Positions 19,865 to 29,268 of a stretch of DNA of 64,000 bases are shown here, in pieces (within the stretch, counting starts at the first letter, position 1; each line of letters starts with the position of its first letter). The notes under the pieces were generated by a model. That model was not told where the DNA came from. It saw only the letters and a program-made list of their open reading frames with translations, and made no database searches. The stretch lies in sequence record ON529850.1; one strand, given 5' to 3'. The translations under genes were made by a program, and so were the position numbers.

Positions 19865-20283
19865 TGCCTGTCCTGTTTCAGACGATCATCAAGAGGACGG
19901 ACCTGGTTCGCAATCGCGACGTCCTCTACGTCTTCGGCGACAACGTGCAGAGACGCGGATTCGGGGGCCAGGCGCGAGAGATGCGCCGAGAACCCAATGC
20001 GGTCGGCATCGTCACCAAGCTGACGCCCGAGCTCTATTTCGGCAACACCCCTGAAGAGGTGGTGGCGCAGAACCGGATGATCGACGAAGACATGAAACCC
20101 CTGTTCGCCAAGGTGAAGGCGGGCGGGGTGGTGGTCTGGCCGGCGGACGGCGTCGGCACCGGACTGGCGCAGCTGTCCGTCCGGGCGCCGCGCACGTTCG
20201 ACTATCTCTCTCACAAGCTGGCGGCGCTTTTGAAGGCCGCCGACCTCTTCAATCAGGAGACGCCCGATGGCGCAGGTCACTGA
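19864..20283 (+). CDS. Conserved phage protein (YVFGDN...GGQA family)
   Basis: LYVFGDNVQRRGFGGQAREMR...GVGTGLAQL. Confidence 0.65.
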   Translation: MPVLFQTIIKRTDLVRNRDVLYVFGDNVQRRGFGGQAREMRREPNAVGIVTKLTPELYFGNTPEEVVAQNRMIDEDMKPLFAKVKAGGVVVWPADGVGTGLAQLSVRAPRTFDYLSHKLAALLKAADLFNQETPDGAGH

Positions 20284-20566
20284 AGAACAAAAGGCGCATT
20301 ACGCGCGCAGCGTCACCCGTGCGAAAGCGCTCCTGCGCCGTGGGGATAAGGTGCGGCTTACGATCTGTGGTGGTGGTCAGGCGACCTACGTCTTCGCGGA
20401 CTGGGACGGTGAATGGATGGTCTCCAAGTCGGGGGTGAACGAGCTGCATCCCTATAACGTGGTCCGACTGAACGGCAAGCCGCTCAGCTTCCGCGATGAA
20501 AACCATCGTGTCGTTTCGACCCTGATCCAGGAACGCAAGGCGGAGGCGACGCATGTCGAGGCCTGA
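20267..20566 (+). CDS. Hypothetical protein
   Basis: Packed ORF with GGAG RBS. Confidence 0.6.
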   Translation: MAQVTEEQKAHYARSVTRAKALLRRGDKVRLTICGGGQATYVFADWDGEWMVSKSGVNELHPYNVVRLNGKPLSFRDENHRVVSTLIQERKAEATHVEA

Positions 20567-20795
20567 GCCGGAAGAAAACCCGTTCGAAGCGATCGCCGCC
20601 GCCATCGCCTTCTCGCCGCACGACTGGTCGCAGCATCACCGTCTGGCGTGGATTTACGGCATCGTTCATGGCTGGGAAGGCGAAGCCCTGGACGAAATGC
20701 GGAAGGATCACGGATGGGATGCCGCCACCGTCGCCCGGCTGCAACGCCTGCATGCCCGCTATCGTGAACAGTGCCGCAAAAGGCCTTACGAATGA
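20553..20795 (+). CDS. Hypothetical protein
   Basis: Packed ORF with GGAGG RBS. Confidence 0.6.
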   Translation: MSRPEPEENPFEAIAAAIAFSPHDWSQHHRLAWIYGIVHGWEGEALDEMRKDHGWDAATVARLQRLHARYREQCRKRPYE

Positions 20796-21280
20796 CCGTC
20801 ACCACCTACACCTTTCGCGCCTACAAGGGCTCGGCGACCTATACCTGCACCTGCCGTGAATGCGGCAAGGTCGTGAAGCGCACCGTCAGCACGGAGATGA
20901 CCGTCAATCCGTTCAACAAGAACGAGGACGGCACGGTGCGCACGCCGGCCGAAGTGCAGCATCGGGCCTATGCCGAGGCGAAGGAACAGGCGCAGAAGCT
21001 GGAAGGGAGCGACACCACCTGCCGTGAGTGCGTCGAGACTCCGCGCCGGGAGCTGTTGCTGGCGATGGCGGCGGAACCGGATCGGGTCTTCCCGAAACCG
21101 GAGAAATACTGGAATTCGCCGATGCACTTCCTGGCGGACCGCAAGCAGGTCAGCGAGGTCCATGAGCGCTGCGAATGTCAGTCCGATTGCTGCTCTGGAT
21201 GGAAGAAGAGCCCCGGCTTCCGAATCACCAAGGCGGGCTTGGAGCGCGCCGCTAAATTCAAGACGAAGGTCGCGGCGTGA
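20792..21280 (+). CDS. Hypothetical protein with CxxC motifs
   Basis: CRECG, CRECV, CECQSDCC; ATGA coupling. Confidence 0.6.
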   Translation: MTVTTYTFRAYKGSATYTCTCRECGKVVKRTVSTEMTVNPFNKNEDGTVRTPAEVQHRAYAEAKEQAQKLEGSDTTCRECVETPRRELLLAMAAEPDRVFPKPEKYWNSPMHFLADRKQVSEVHERCECQSDCCSGWKKSPGFRITKAGLERAAKFKTKVAA

Positions 21281-21621
21281 ACCACCTGATTTATGCCCTG
21301 ACGGCGCCGGCGGACAAAGTGGTGTTCAATCGGATCAGTTCGGCCCGGTCCAACTTCTTGGCGTGGTGCGATAAACTGCGCGAGAAGAAGATCGATGTAG
21401 AGCATGCAGTCGCGAACTTCCACCAGCTCCAGGAGACCGAATCGTTCCTGAAGCGCGCCGAGGCGATCGAAAAGAACACAAAGGGAGTCGTGTCCGTCGA
21501 TAAATACCTCTACGGGCAAATCCGCCGTGAGCGCATCTATTTCCGCGTCCTGCTGCTGGACCTACTGAACCAAGAAGACGCCTGGCTGGCGTCGGAAGAC
21601 GCTAAGAGAAAACCCCGATGA
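21277..21621 (+). CDS. Hypothetical protein
   Basis: GTGA coupling with upstream gene. Confidence 0.55.
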   Translation: MNHLIYALTAPADKVVFNRISSARSNFLAWCDKLREKKIDVEHAVANFHQLQETESFLKRAEAIEKNTKGVVSVDKYLYGQIRRERIYFRVLLLDLLNQEDAWLASEDAKRKPR

Positions 21622-22010
21622 CCGATACCCCTGAGCGCGACCCCGATCCGCTGCGCCTCTACTGCATCATGTCGATGGAGGCGGTGAAGAAGATGAACGG
21701 CTCGCGCGGCAAGCTGGGCACCCAGGCGGGTCACGCCTATCTGCACGCCTACTGGAACGCCGCCATAGACTTCCCGGAAGAGGCTGCCGCCTATTACGAC
21801 AGTCCGGCCGCCTACAAGATCACGCTTCGCGTCGAGACCGACGAAGAGCTGTTGGCGATCTACGCTGCTCACGAAGACGTCTGCGGCCGCACCAAGGTCG
21901 AGGACGCCGGCTACACCGTCTTTGACGGCAAGACGCTCACCTGCATCGGCCTGGGGCCGATCCGTCGATCCCAGCTGCGCGGCGGCGCCGGCGAACTGAA
22001 AGGTCTCTGA
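21618..22010 (+). CDS. pth2: Peptidyl-tRNA hydrolase, Pth2 family
   Basis: GKLGTQAGHA, KITLRV, VEDAGYT, TCIGLGP. Confidence 0.85.
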   Translation: MTDTPERDPDPLRLYCIMSMEAVKKMNGSRGKLGTQAGHAYLHAYWNAAIDFPEEAAAYYDSPAAYKITLRVETDEELLAIYAAHEDVCGRTKVEDAGYTVFDGKTLTCIGLGPIRRSQLRGGAGELKGL

Positions 22011-22012
22011 TC

Positions 22013-22870
22013 ATGTCGTTCATCGCCCCCACCCTTCCGCTCGACGTTTACGGCGAGGCCAACATCCGCCTGGGCAAGATCGAGGCGGAGGAAAACGTCA
22101 CCATCCTGTTCGCCGTCGAATCCGGTTCGCGCGCCTGGGGCTTCCCGTCGCCGGACAGCGACAACGACGTGCGCTTCTTCTACGTGCGGCCGTTGAGCCA
22201 TTACCTGGGCCTGGACGCACCGCGCGACGTGATCGAGCGCCCGATCGAAGAGCCCTGGGACCTGAACGGATGGGACCTGGGCAAGGCTCTGCGTCTGTTG
22301 GTCAAGGGCAACGCCACCGCTATGGAATGGCTGTCGAGCCCGCTCATCTACCGCGAACACGGACCGTTCCCGGCTCGACTGCGTGACCTGATCAAACGTC
22401 ACGCCTCGGCCGAATCCAGCGCGCGCCACTATTACGGCCTGGCGCAGCAATGCTACATGGGCGAGATCGCCAATCGCCCCACGGCGGCGGAGAACGCCAG
22501 CAATCGCGAACTGGGGGTGATCGTCAAGGGGCTGACCTCGGTCAACCTGAAGAAGTATCTCTACGCCGTGCGCGCCGCCATGTCGATCGCCTGGATCGCG
22601 CGTTACAAGGAGGTGCCGCCGATGACCATGCCGGCGTTGATGAGCCATGCCGTGGCTCCCGAGGATGTGGCGGCGGAGATCACCACCCTGCTGCGGCGCA
22701 AATCCACCATGGGCGAGTTCGGGAACGGCGACCGAATCGCGGTTCTGGACGACTTTATCGAGGCGCAGCTCGCCTGGGTGAAGGCGCAAGGTTTCGATCG
22801 CCTGCCGGTCAACGAGGCGCTGAAGGCGGAAGCCAATCAGATGCTGCTCGACGCCCTGGGGATCGGCTGA
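22013..22870 (+). CDS. Pol-beta-superfamily nucleotidyltransferase (YcgL/RlaP-like)
   Basis: ESGSRAWGFPSPDSDNDVRF, WDLGKALRL, GNATAMEWLSSP, KKYLY. Confidence 0.85.
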   Translation: MSFIAPTLPLDVYGEANIRLGKIEAEENVTILFAVESGSRAWGFPSPDSDNDVRFFYVRPLSHYLGLDAPRDVIERPIEEPWDLNGWDLGKALRLLVKGNATAMEWLSSPLIYREHGPFPARLRDLIKRHASAESSARHYYGLAQQCYMGEIANRPTAAENASNRELGVIVKGLTSVNLKKYLYAVRAAMSIAWIARYKEVPPMTMPALMSHAVAPEDVAAEITTLLRRKSTMGEFGNGDRIAVLDDFIEAQLAWVKAQGFDRLPVNEALKAEANQMLLDALGIG

Positions 22871-23082
22871 TGGCTACGCTGCGCCTAAGGGTGATGCGCG
22901 TGGTCTCCAACGGCTACCTTATCGAACGCCACCGATGGTTCGGTTGGGAAGCCGTGGCGGCCCGAGACACCGAACAGGGCGCACGACAGTTCGCCGATGG
23001 GGTCATGAAGGAATGGCGGGCGATACAAAAGCTGAAACGACTACCTTCCACCCGTATCCACGAATTGGCGGCAGGAGGGTAA
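22870..23082 (+). CDS. Hypothetical protein
   Basis: TGATG coupling. Confidence 0.5.
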   Translation: MATLRLRVMRVVSNGYLIERHRWFGWEAVAARDTEQGARQFADGVMKEWRAIQKLKRLPSTRIHELAAGG

Positions 23083-23086
23083 TCCC

Positions 23087-23338
23087 ATGAACACCCAATC
23101 GATCCATATCCTGGCGTTGCTGGTTCTGCTGCCGGGCGCCATCGCCTCCGCCGCCTGGTTTGTCCTGGCGTGTCGGTTTCGCGGCGGGTTCGGCGTGACC
23201 TGGAGGAGCATGGCCTTGTCCGGGGCCGCCTTCGTCTGTCTGACGTCGGCACTCGTCTATGTCCTCTATCATCCGAACGCTCTTCCGGAGCTGTTGGGCC
23301 ACATCGTCCTGCCGCCCAATCCCTTCCAGGTGTCCTGA
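23087..23338 (+). CDS. Small membrane protein
   Basis: GGAGG RBS; two hydrophobic segments. Confidence 0.6.
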   Translation: MNTQSIHILALLVLLPGAIASAAWFVLACRFRGGFGVTWRSMALSGAAFVCLTSALVYVLYHPNALPELLGHIVLPPNPFQVS

Positions 23339-23689
23339 ATGACTATCGAGATCATCAAGGCTTTCGCGGCCTACTCCACGACCGACGAATACGGTCGCCT
23401 CGGCGGCGTGCACGGCTTCTATAAATCCGACGCGGCCGCGCGCGTTGCGGCAAAAGGAATCGGGTGGTGGGGCGGCGAGGGGCGCGTCATTCCTCACACC
23501 CTCATCGTGGCCGGCGGGCGCTGCTACCCGATCGCCACAGGGCATGAGGACGGTTTCGACGCGGGTCTTCTCGACAAGAACATGGTCGAAGAGGCTCAAA
23601 AAACCAGGGCGGGGGCCTGGCAGAAAATCCAGGAAACGCTGACGCCGGACGAGATCAAGGAACTCGGCTTGAAGGAGCCTAAGCAATGA
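23339..23689 (+). CDS. Hypothetical protein
   Basis: Packed ORF. Confidence 0.6.
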   Translation: MTIEIIKAFAAYSTTDEYGRLGGVHGFYKSDAAARVAAKGIGWWGGEGRVIPHTLIVAGGRCYPIATGHEDGFDAGLLDKNMVEEAQKTRAGAWQKIQETLTPDEIKELGLKEPKQ

Positions 23690-24051
23690 CCAAACCTCTG
23701 CTGCTGATCGTCGAGGAAACCGTTCAACGCGTCTATGAGCTGGACGGGGAAAATCCGCATCATGCCGCGCTGGTTCAACGGGTGATCAATGCGCCGCTGG
23801 AGCGGGAGCGTCTGCCCTACGAGCCCAAGCCGAAGCTCCCTCCTCGGCTGGGAAAGCGCGCGACGAAGGGGAATCCGGCGCCCGTGATCGGCGCCCCTAA
23901 CGCCAAGGGCGCATTCGAGGCGATCGATCCGGTGGAGGCGCACGCGGTGAACTCCATGATGACCCTGCTGCATCTCGATGAGGGCGGCAAACCCTTCTAC
24001 CAGTTCAAGGTCAAACGCACGACCGTGGAGCGCGGACCGGTCAAATCGTGA
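23686..24051 (+). CDS. Hypothetical protein
   Basis: AAGGAG RBS, ATGA coupling. Confidence 0.6.
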   Translation: MTKPLLLIVEETVQRVYELDGENPHHAALVQRVINAPLERERLPYEPKPKLPPRLGKRATKGNPAPVIGAPNAKGAFEAIDPVEAHAVNSMMTLLHLDEGGKPFYQFKVKRTTVERGPVKS

Positions 24052-24296
24052 CGCCGTTTCCCTACGGCGTCGAAGGGCTGACGGCTGGTCAGCGTGGGCT
24101 CCTGGTTCACATTGATCAGCCGTGGCTGAAGGAAACGGTTAAGCGCGCCCTGGCCCAGGCAGAGGCGGAGTTCGCCGGCATGGCGCGACCGCAACATTCC
24201 ACTACCCCCTATCACACGCAGTGGTCGTCTTTGCGTCACGACCTGCGCATCCTCCAGGAGACCATGACTTGGCTCGAAACCCTTCCGACACGCTGA
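24048..24296 (+). CDS. Hypothetical protein
   Basis: GTGA coupling. Confidence 0.55.
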   Translation: MTPFPYGVEGLTAGQRGLLVHIDQPWLKETVKRALAQAEAEFAGMARPQHSTTPYHTQWSSLRHDLRILQETMTWLETLPTR

Positions 24297-24583
24297 TGAC
24301 GGTGGTCGGCATTCCGAACGCCGCCTACGAATCGACTCTCGTGATACGAACCCAAGGGGCGCATTACGCCCAGGCGGTGCAGCATCTGCTTGACGAAACT
24401 GCGTTCGACTTGATGGATGACCTAGACGATGACGAGGCGAACGATCCCCAGGCGCAGGCTGAGGTTGAACGGGACGCCTTCCATCGCGCCTGCGACCACT
24501 ACAAGACGATCTCGGTTTACGCTGGACATCCGCCGGCCGGCAGCGACGACGTGTCGAAGCTGGTGAAGATTCACGAGGAGTGA
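24296..24583 (+). CDS. Hypothetical acidic protein
   Basis: TGATG coupling. Confidence 0.55.
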   Translation: MTVVGIPNAAYESTLVIRTQGAHYAQAVQHLLDETAFDLMDDLDDDEANDPQAQAEVERDAFHRACDHYKTISVYAGHPPAGSDDVSKLVKIHEE

Positions 24584-24587
24584 AGCC

Positions 24588-24788
24588 ATGACTTTTGCGA
24601 CGCGCCGCATCGTCAGAGACCCTAAAGGCTTCGTGATTGAACGTCGGTCGTGGTTGTGGCCGTTCTGGACCCGCCGCAAGTCCGAGGTGAGCTACGGCAA
24701 CGAGGCGGCGGCACGATGCGTCGTCGACGCTGAACTCGCGGTCGATGCCTACATCCGACGCGATCCCTTGGAGGTCTGGCGTGGGTGA
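24588..24788 (+). CDS. Hypothetical protein
   Basis: GAGGAG RBS. Confidence 0.55.
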   Translation: MTFATRRIVRDPKGFVIERRSWLWPFWTRRKSEVSYGNEAAARCVVDAELAVDAYIRRDPLEVWRG

Positions 24789-24996
24789 ACCGCTGACGCC
24801 GGCCGAAATCGAAGAAGGCTGGATCGCGGAATCTTGCGGCTGCGCCTACCATCCTGGGTCCAATGTCGAGCGCTATATCGGCGACGGCGTGACCGTCGTC
24901 AGCGAGGGCTTCCGCAAGCGTCATTGTCAAGCGCACCTTGATGAGATCATGATGGATCGTGCGGCGCTGCGTGAACGCCTGTTCGGCGCCGACTGA
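24781..24996 (+). CDS. Hypothetical protein
   Basis: GGAGG RBS before GTG 24781. Confidence 0.5.
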   Translation: MGEPLTPAEIEEGWIAESCGCAYHPGSNVERYIGDGVTVVSEGFRKRHCQAHLDEIMMDRAALRERLFGAD

Positions 24997-25466
24997 TGGC
25001 GACCTATGACATCGGCTCCTGGAAGCCCTATCCCTCCTGCGTTTTGTCCAACTTCGCCGCGAATGCGTTCGAGTTCGATGGGATCGCGTGTCGGTCGATG
25101 GAGGGCTTGGTCCAGGCGTTCAAGTTCGATGAATCCTACAAGCAGGTCCAGGCCTGCGCCCTGATCGGGGAGGATGCGAAGAACTTCGGACGTCGGAGGA
25201 ATTTGCACTGGCAGCGCGGACAGACCTTGTGGTGGAAAGGGCAGACCTATGATCGCCATGGCCCGGAATACCAGAAGCTCCTGGATCGCGCCTTCGATGC
25301 CCTGGCGACCAATGCGAACTTCCGCCGGGCGCTGATCGACACGGGCGACGACATGCTGACCCACTCGATCGGATCGCGTGATCCCTATGAAACCGTCTTG
25401 ACCGAAGCGGAATTCTGCTTGCGGCTGATGAACCTCCGCGCGCGAATCCGTCAGGGGCTTATTTGA
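24996..25466 (+). CDS. NADAR-family ADP-ribosylglycohydrolase (T4 gp30.3-like)
   Basis: LSNF...FEFDG..RSMEGLVQAFKF...LWWKG...FRRALIDTGD. Confidence 0.75.
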   Translation: MATYDIGSWKPYPSCVLSNFAANAFEFDGIACRSMEGLVQAFKFDESYKQVQACALIGEDAKNFGRRRNLHWQRGQTLWWKGQTYDRHGPEYQKLLDRAFDALATNANFRRALIDTGDDMLTHSIGSRDPYETVLTEAEFCLRLMNLRARIRQGLI

Positions 25467-25541
25467 CGGGAAATCTGGCAAATCAGGTTGACTTTTCTGA
25501 CACGACGCGCTTAAAAGGGCCTCCGCATTTAAGGGCGCCCC

Positions 25542-25799
25542 ATGACTGACGAAGCCTGTATCTACCTGACGGCGCCCGAAGAGCACCTGGAACGATCCTC
25601 TCTGACCGGTCAATGGCGTCCCGTTGTGAAGCCGGAGCGGTTTCTCTGCGCCTGGGCCACCTTCCATCCGGATTCCATCGCTGCCTTGCAGAATGCCCCG
25701 CCCTGGCTGGTGACGAACGCCCTGGCGGGACACCTTGTCCGCCGCGAGAAGGACTGCCCCCGGTGCCCCTTCTACAAGGCCGGAGACCCGGTGGAATGA
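25542..25799 (+). CDS. Hypothetical protein
   Basis: ORF downstream of TTGACT promoter-like sequence. Confidence 0.55.
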   Translation: MTDEACIYLTAPEEHLERSSLTGQWRPVVKPERFLCAWATFHPDSIAALQNAPPWLVTNALAGHLVRREKDCPRCPFYKAGDPVE

Positions 25800-26104
25800 C
25801 GCAGCCCATTGACCTTGGCGACCTGCTCGACGCCTACGCCATCACGGGGCGGGGGTTCATCGTGGCGGTCTCCACGCCGCAGGACCCGCCTCCGGCCTGG
25901 CCCGGTCTCAGAATCGCCGTCAACACCCGATCCGGCCGCCGAACGGCGACCGTCCTGGGTGAGGAGCGCATCCATTCCTGCCTGACGCCGCGCGCGCAGA
26001 ACGACATCCTCTATCTCTTCGTCACGTTTGACGGGATCGACGCCAAGGATGTGGTTCGGGATATGGTTGTCCATAAGCCTGACACTACCGGTCATTTTTC
26101 TTGA
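25796..26104 (+). CDS. Hypothetical protein
   Basis: ATGA coupling. Confidence 0.55.
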   Translation: MTQPIDLGDLLDAYAITGRGFIVAVSTPQDPPPAWPGLRIAVNTRSGRRTATVLGEERIHSCLTPRAQNDILYLFVTFDGIDAKDVVRDMVVHKPDTTGHFS

Positions 26105-26158
26105 CTTTTTGACCTGTTAACCCTATTCCTTGAGGAATTATTTCCTCAGGATTACGCC

Positions 26159-26695
26159 ATGCACCTGGTCACGTCGCCCGTCATTGACGGCGCGCTCCAG
26201 AGCGCCATTTCACGCGCGCCCTCTCCCTACACCTCTGACGACATCGTCACCGTGACCGACCGGCCCGAAGGCGCCTATGTCCGCCTGGTTTACCGCAACG
26301 GTTCCGTCACCACCCACGCCGATGAGAGCGCCGCGCCTCTGTCGCTGAACCAGGACCATCGACTCCTGCGGGCGACGGAGTCCATTTGGGAGCGCTTTGC
26401 CGACGCCTGCGAGACGGACGCGCCGGGCCAGAACGTGCATCTGATCGGCGTCGTCGACCGCGCCGGAGCCTTCTACGCTGAAGACGTCTACATCGGTGGG
26501 TTCCTGGACGAACGGGAGAAGGACATCGCCTGCATCGCCTTCGGCGTTGAGCGGGTCGAGGTGCTGTTCGAGGGATTCTGGGACGACGATCTGATGGCGC
26601 ACTTCGCCGGCGGGCGGACCGCGATCGCCTACCTGACCGAGGCGGACGACCATCGTCCCCGCGCCGTCTATCTGAGCGCGGAGGCCGCCGGCTAA
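26159..26695 (+). CDS. Hypothetical protein resembling a degenerate Rnl2-type RNA ligase adenylation domain
   Basis: TDRPEGAYVRL aligns by eye to ligase motif I (TEKxDG.NxR) but lacks the Lys; FYAEDV and VEVLFEG echo later motifs. Confidence 0.45.
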   Translation: MHLVTSPVIDGALQSAISRAPSPYTSDDIVTVTDRPEGAYVRLVYRNGSVTTHADESAAPLSLNQDHRLLRATESIWERFADACETDAPGQNVHLIGVVDRAGAFYAEDVYIGGFLDEREKDIACIAFGVERVEVLFEGFWDDDLMAHFAGGRTAIAYLTEADDHRPRAVYLSAEAAG

Positions 26696-26699
26696 AGCC

Positions 26700-28634
26700 G
26701 TGGCCCACATCGACTTCAAGAACAACCTCTTCCTGGGGCGCGGCACCTGGGAAGAGCGTGAGATTTTCCGAGACGTCTTCGGCAAGAATTCCGGCTTTAC
26801 CTGGTCGCGGGAACTGCGCTGCTGGGTGACGGGCGATGTCAAGACCGCTCAGGCGGTCCAGGGCGTGGTGTGGACCACCCGCGCACAGGAACACCTGGAG
26901 CGCCTGCTCGAAGTCGCCCAGATCAGCCAGGAAATGTCCTGGAAGGCGGACACCGACTATGTCCCGCCTTCCCCGCCGGGTCTGACCTACCTGCCTTACC
27001 AGCGCGCCGGCATCGAATACGCCTTGATGCGTAAGGACACCCTGATCGCGGATCAGCCGGGACTGGGCAAGACGATCCAGGCGATCGGCGTCCTGAATGC
27101 GGACGAAACGATCAACAGCGCCATCTTCATCGTCCCCGCCTCGCTGAAGGTCAACTGGTATCGCGAGATCGACAAATGGATGCTGCCCAACCTGTCGTTC
27201 GGGATCGCGGAAGCCAAACGCATCGACAAGGTCCCCGACGGGTTCACCAAGGCGTATGAATACGTCGAAGACGGCGTCTACAAGTCAGGACAAAAAGCCG
27301 GTCAGCCCAAGTTCAAGAAGGTCGAGGTCCAGGGCAAGCCCAAGTTCCGCAATGTCGAAACGCCGGACTATTGGCCGAACACGGATGTCGTCATCATCAA
27401 CTACGACATCCTGGATCGCTTCACGCACCTGATCAAGGAGCGGTCCTGGGACCTGGTGGTCTGCGACGAGTGCCACGCGCTGAAGACGCCGGATAGCGGC
27501 CGCACCCTGTTCATCCTCGGCGGCAAGAAGACGTTCAACCGCGAGCAGCGAGAGAAGCGCAAGGCGGCCGGCGAATCGACGGCGCCGATCTTCTTCCGCG
27601 CGATCGAAGCCAACCGCCGCGTCTTCCTGTCGGGAACGCCGCTGATGTCGCGGCCGGTGGAGCTGTGGCCGATCGCCAAGGCGTTCAATCCGTCCGGCCT
27701 GGGCCGAGACTGGGACGCCTACACCACCCGCTATTGCGACGCCCATTATACGGGCCACGGTCTGGATACGTCGGGTGCCTCCAACCTGGAAGAGCTCGGG
27801 ATCAAGGCCCGCGAAGCCTTCATGGTGCGGCGCCTGAAACGTGAAGTCTTGCCCGAGCTGCCGCCGAAGCGGCGGTCGGTGGTGACGATGGACAGCCCTG
27901 AAATCCGCGAACTCGTCGCCCGTGAGGACGAACTGGCCCAGGCGCTGCGCCTCTATGAAGTGATGGCCCAAGGCAAGGCGTCGACGCTGGAGGAAGCCGC
28001 CCAGGGCGCCGCCATCGTGCAGCAGATGGCGGCCTATGGCGTCACCGATGAGCTGGACCCGGACAAACCGAACTGGCGGTCGCTCAACCTGGACTACGCC
28101 GCCTCGGTCGCCGGGCTGGAACCGCCGGCTGTCGCCATCCTGTTCGAGGAAATGGCGCGGGTGCGACGTGAGCTAGGTCTGGCGAAACTGTCGTGCATCA
28201 CGCCCTGGGTCAACGATTTCCTGATCGGCGGTGAAAAGCTGCTGCTGTTCGCCTACCACTCGGACGTGGTCAAGGCGTTGGCGGAATCTCTCGCCAAATG
28301 GGAGCCCGCCGTGATCTGGGGCGGCACGCCGATGCACCGCCGCCAGCTGGAAGTCGACCGCCTGCAAGAGGATGAGAACTGCCGCATCTTCATCGGCAAC
28401 ATCGCCGCCGCCGGCGTCGGATTCACCATGACCCGCGCCCATGACGTCGCTTTCGCTGAGGGCGATTGGGTGCCGTCGATGATCGAGCAATGCGAGGACC
28501 GTGCCTGCCGAATCGGGCAGACGGCCGAGAAGATCAACAGCTATTTCCTGGTCGCGAACGGGTCTTTGGATTCGCGAATCGCACAGGCGGCCCAGGTGAA
28601 GGAAGAAAACATCCAGCGCGCTCTGGGCGCGTGA
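26700..28634 (+). CDS. SNF2-family (SMARCAL1/HARP-like) helicase
   Basis: LIADQPGLGKT, VCDECH, LSGTPLMSRP, EGDWVPSMIEQCEDRACRIGQ. Confidence 0.9.
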   Translation: MAHIDFKNNLFLGRGTWEEREIFRDVFGKNSGFTWSRELRCWVTGDVKTAQAVQGVVWTTRAQEHLERLLEVAQISQEMSWKADTDYVPPSPPGLTYLPYQRAGIEYALMRKDTLIADQPGLGKTIQAIGVLNADETINSAIFIVPASLKVNWYREIDKWMLPNLSFGIAEAKRIDKVPDGFTKAYEYVEDGVYKSGQKAGQPKFKKVEVQGKPKFRNVETPDYWPNTDVVIINYDILDRFTHLIKERSWDLVVCDECHALKTPDSGRTLFILGGKKTFNREQREKRKAAGESTAPIFFRAIEANRRVFLSGTPLMSRPVELWPIAKAFNPSGLGRDWDAYTTRYCDAHYTGHGLDTSGASNLEELGIKAREAFMVRRLKREVLPELPPKRRSVVTMDSPEIRELVAREDELAQALRLYEVMAQGKASTLEEAAQGAAIVQQMAAYGVTDELDPDKPNWRSLNLDYAASVAGLEPPAVAILFEEMARVRRELGLAKLSCITPWVNDFLIGGEKLLLFAYHSDVVKALAESLAKWEPAVIWGGTPMHRRQLEVDRLQEDENCRIFIGNIAAAGVGFTMTRAHDVAFAEGDWVPSMIEQCEDRACRIGQTAEKINSYFLVANGSLDSRIAQAAQVKEENIQRALGA

Positions 28635-28707
28635 TGAAAATTGCAACTGGGAAATGGAAACTTTTTCGTGATCCGACGTTTGGCCGAAAGAGCTTCGAGT
28701 TTCCGCC

Positions 28708-29031
28708 ATGCACAACCACCAACCTGAAGAGTTCGCCCGCGTCCTGGACGCCGCCGCCGACTACATCGCCGCCCAACCGCTTCATCCTGGGCAGACCATG
28801 CCGGGCATATGGGAGCTGGATGAAGGCGACAAGGAGCCGGCGCGCCTGATCGGGGTGATCGTCACCCTGGCGATCGCCCAGGTTTGCCAACACCTGGAGT
28901 GCGAGCTCCAGAGCGCCATGGAAAGCTACGCCGAGGTGGCGCGCAATGTCCGACTGAAGCCCTTGGGCGCCCCCGACCTGATGGCGGCACAGCACTTACG
29001 AGACGCGGCCGCCGAACTGCGTGCGAAATAG
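28708..29031 (+). CDS. Hypothetical protein
   Basis: ORF ending at a terminator. Confidence 0.55.
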   Translation: MHNHQPEEFARVLDAAADYIAAQPLHPGQTMPGIWELDEGDKEPARLIGVIVTLAIAQVCQHLECELQSAMESYAEVARNVRLKPLGAPDLMAAQHLRDAAAELRAK

Positions 29032-29032
29032 A

Positions 29033-29063
29033 TAAAGGCCGGCGAAGAGATTCGCCGGCCTTT
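29033..29063. terminator. Bidirectional terminator
   Basis: AAAGGCCGGCGAA-GAGA-TTCGCCGGCCTTT. Confidence 0.85.
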
Positions 29064-29068
29064 CAACA

Positions 29069-29157
29069 TGGGGGTACGACCTGGATTCGAACCAGGATAA
29101 AGGCTTTCGCCTTACGGGTTATGAGCCCGCTGCCTATTCCAACCGAGCCACCGTACC
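29069..29157 (-). tRNA. tRNA with CAU anticodon (Met or Ile2) and a long variable arm
   Basis: GGTACGG/TCGTACC acceptor stem, GCGGG-CT-CAT-AA-CCCGT anticodon arm, AAGGC-GAAA-GCCTT variable arm, CCTGG-TTCGAAT-CCAGG T arm, encoded CCA. Confidence 0.9.
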
Positions 29158-29268
29158 GTGACGTGATGCCGGACGTGCTGCCGTTACACTAAATCGACCG
29201 ATGCGCGCGCACATCTTCACGTCGACTGCGGAGTTGAACCGCTCTATCCGTTTATCCAGCGCCGCCAC
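29158..29268 (-). ncRNA. Circularly permuted tRNA-like RNA (YrlA-like architecture)
   Basis: Order T arm (GCGG-TTCAACT-CCGC), AGTCGAC, loop, GTCGATT, D arm (TA-GTGT-AACGGC-AGCAC); closed by GCTGGA/TCCGGC and GTGGCG/CGTCAC. Confidence 0.6.
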
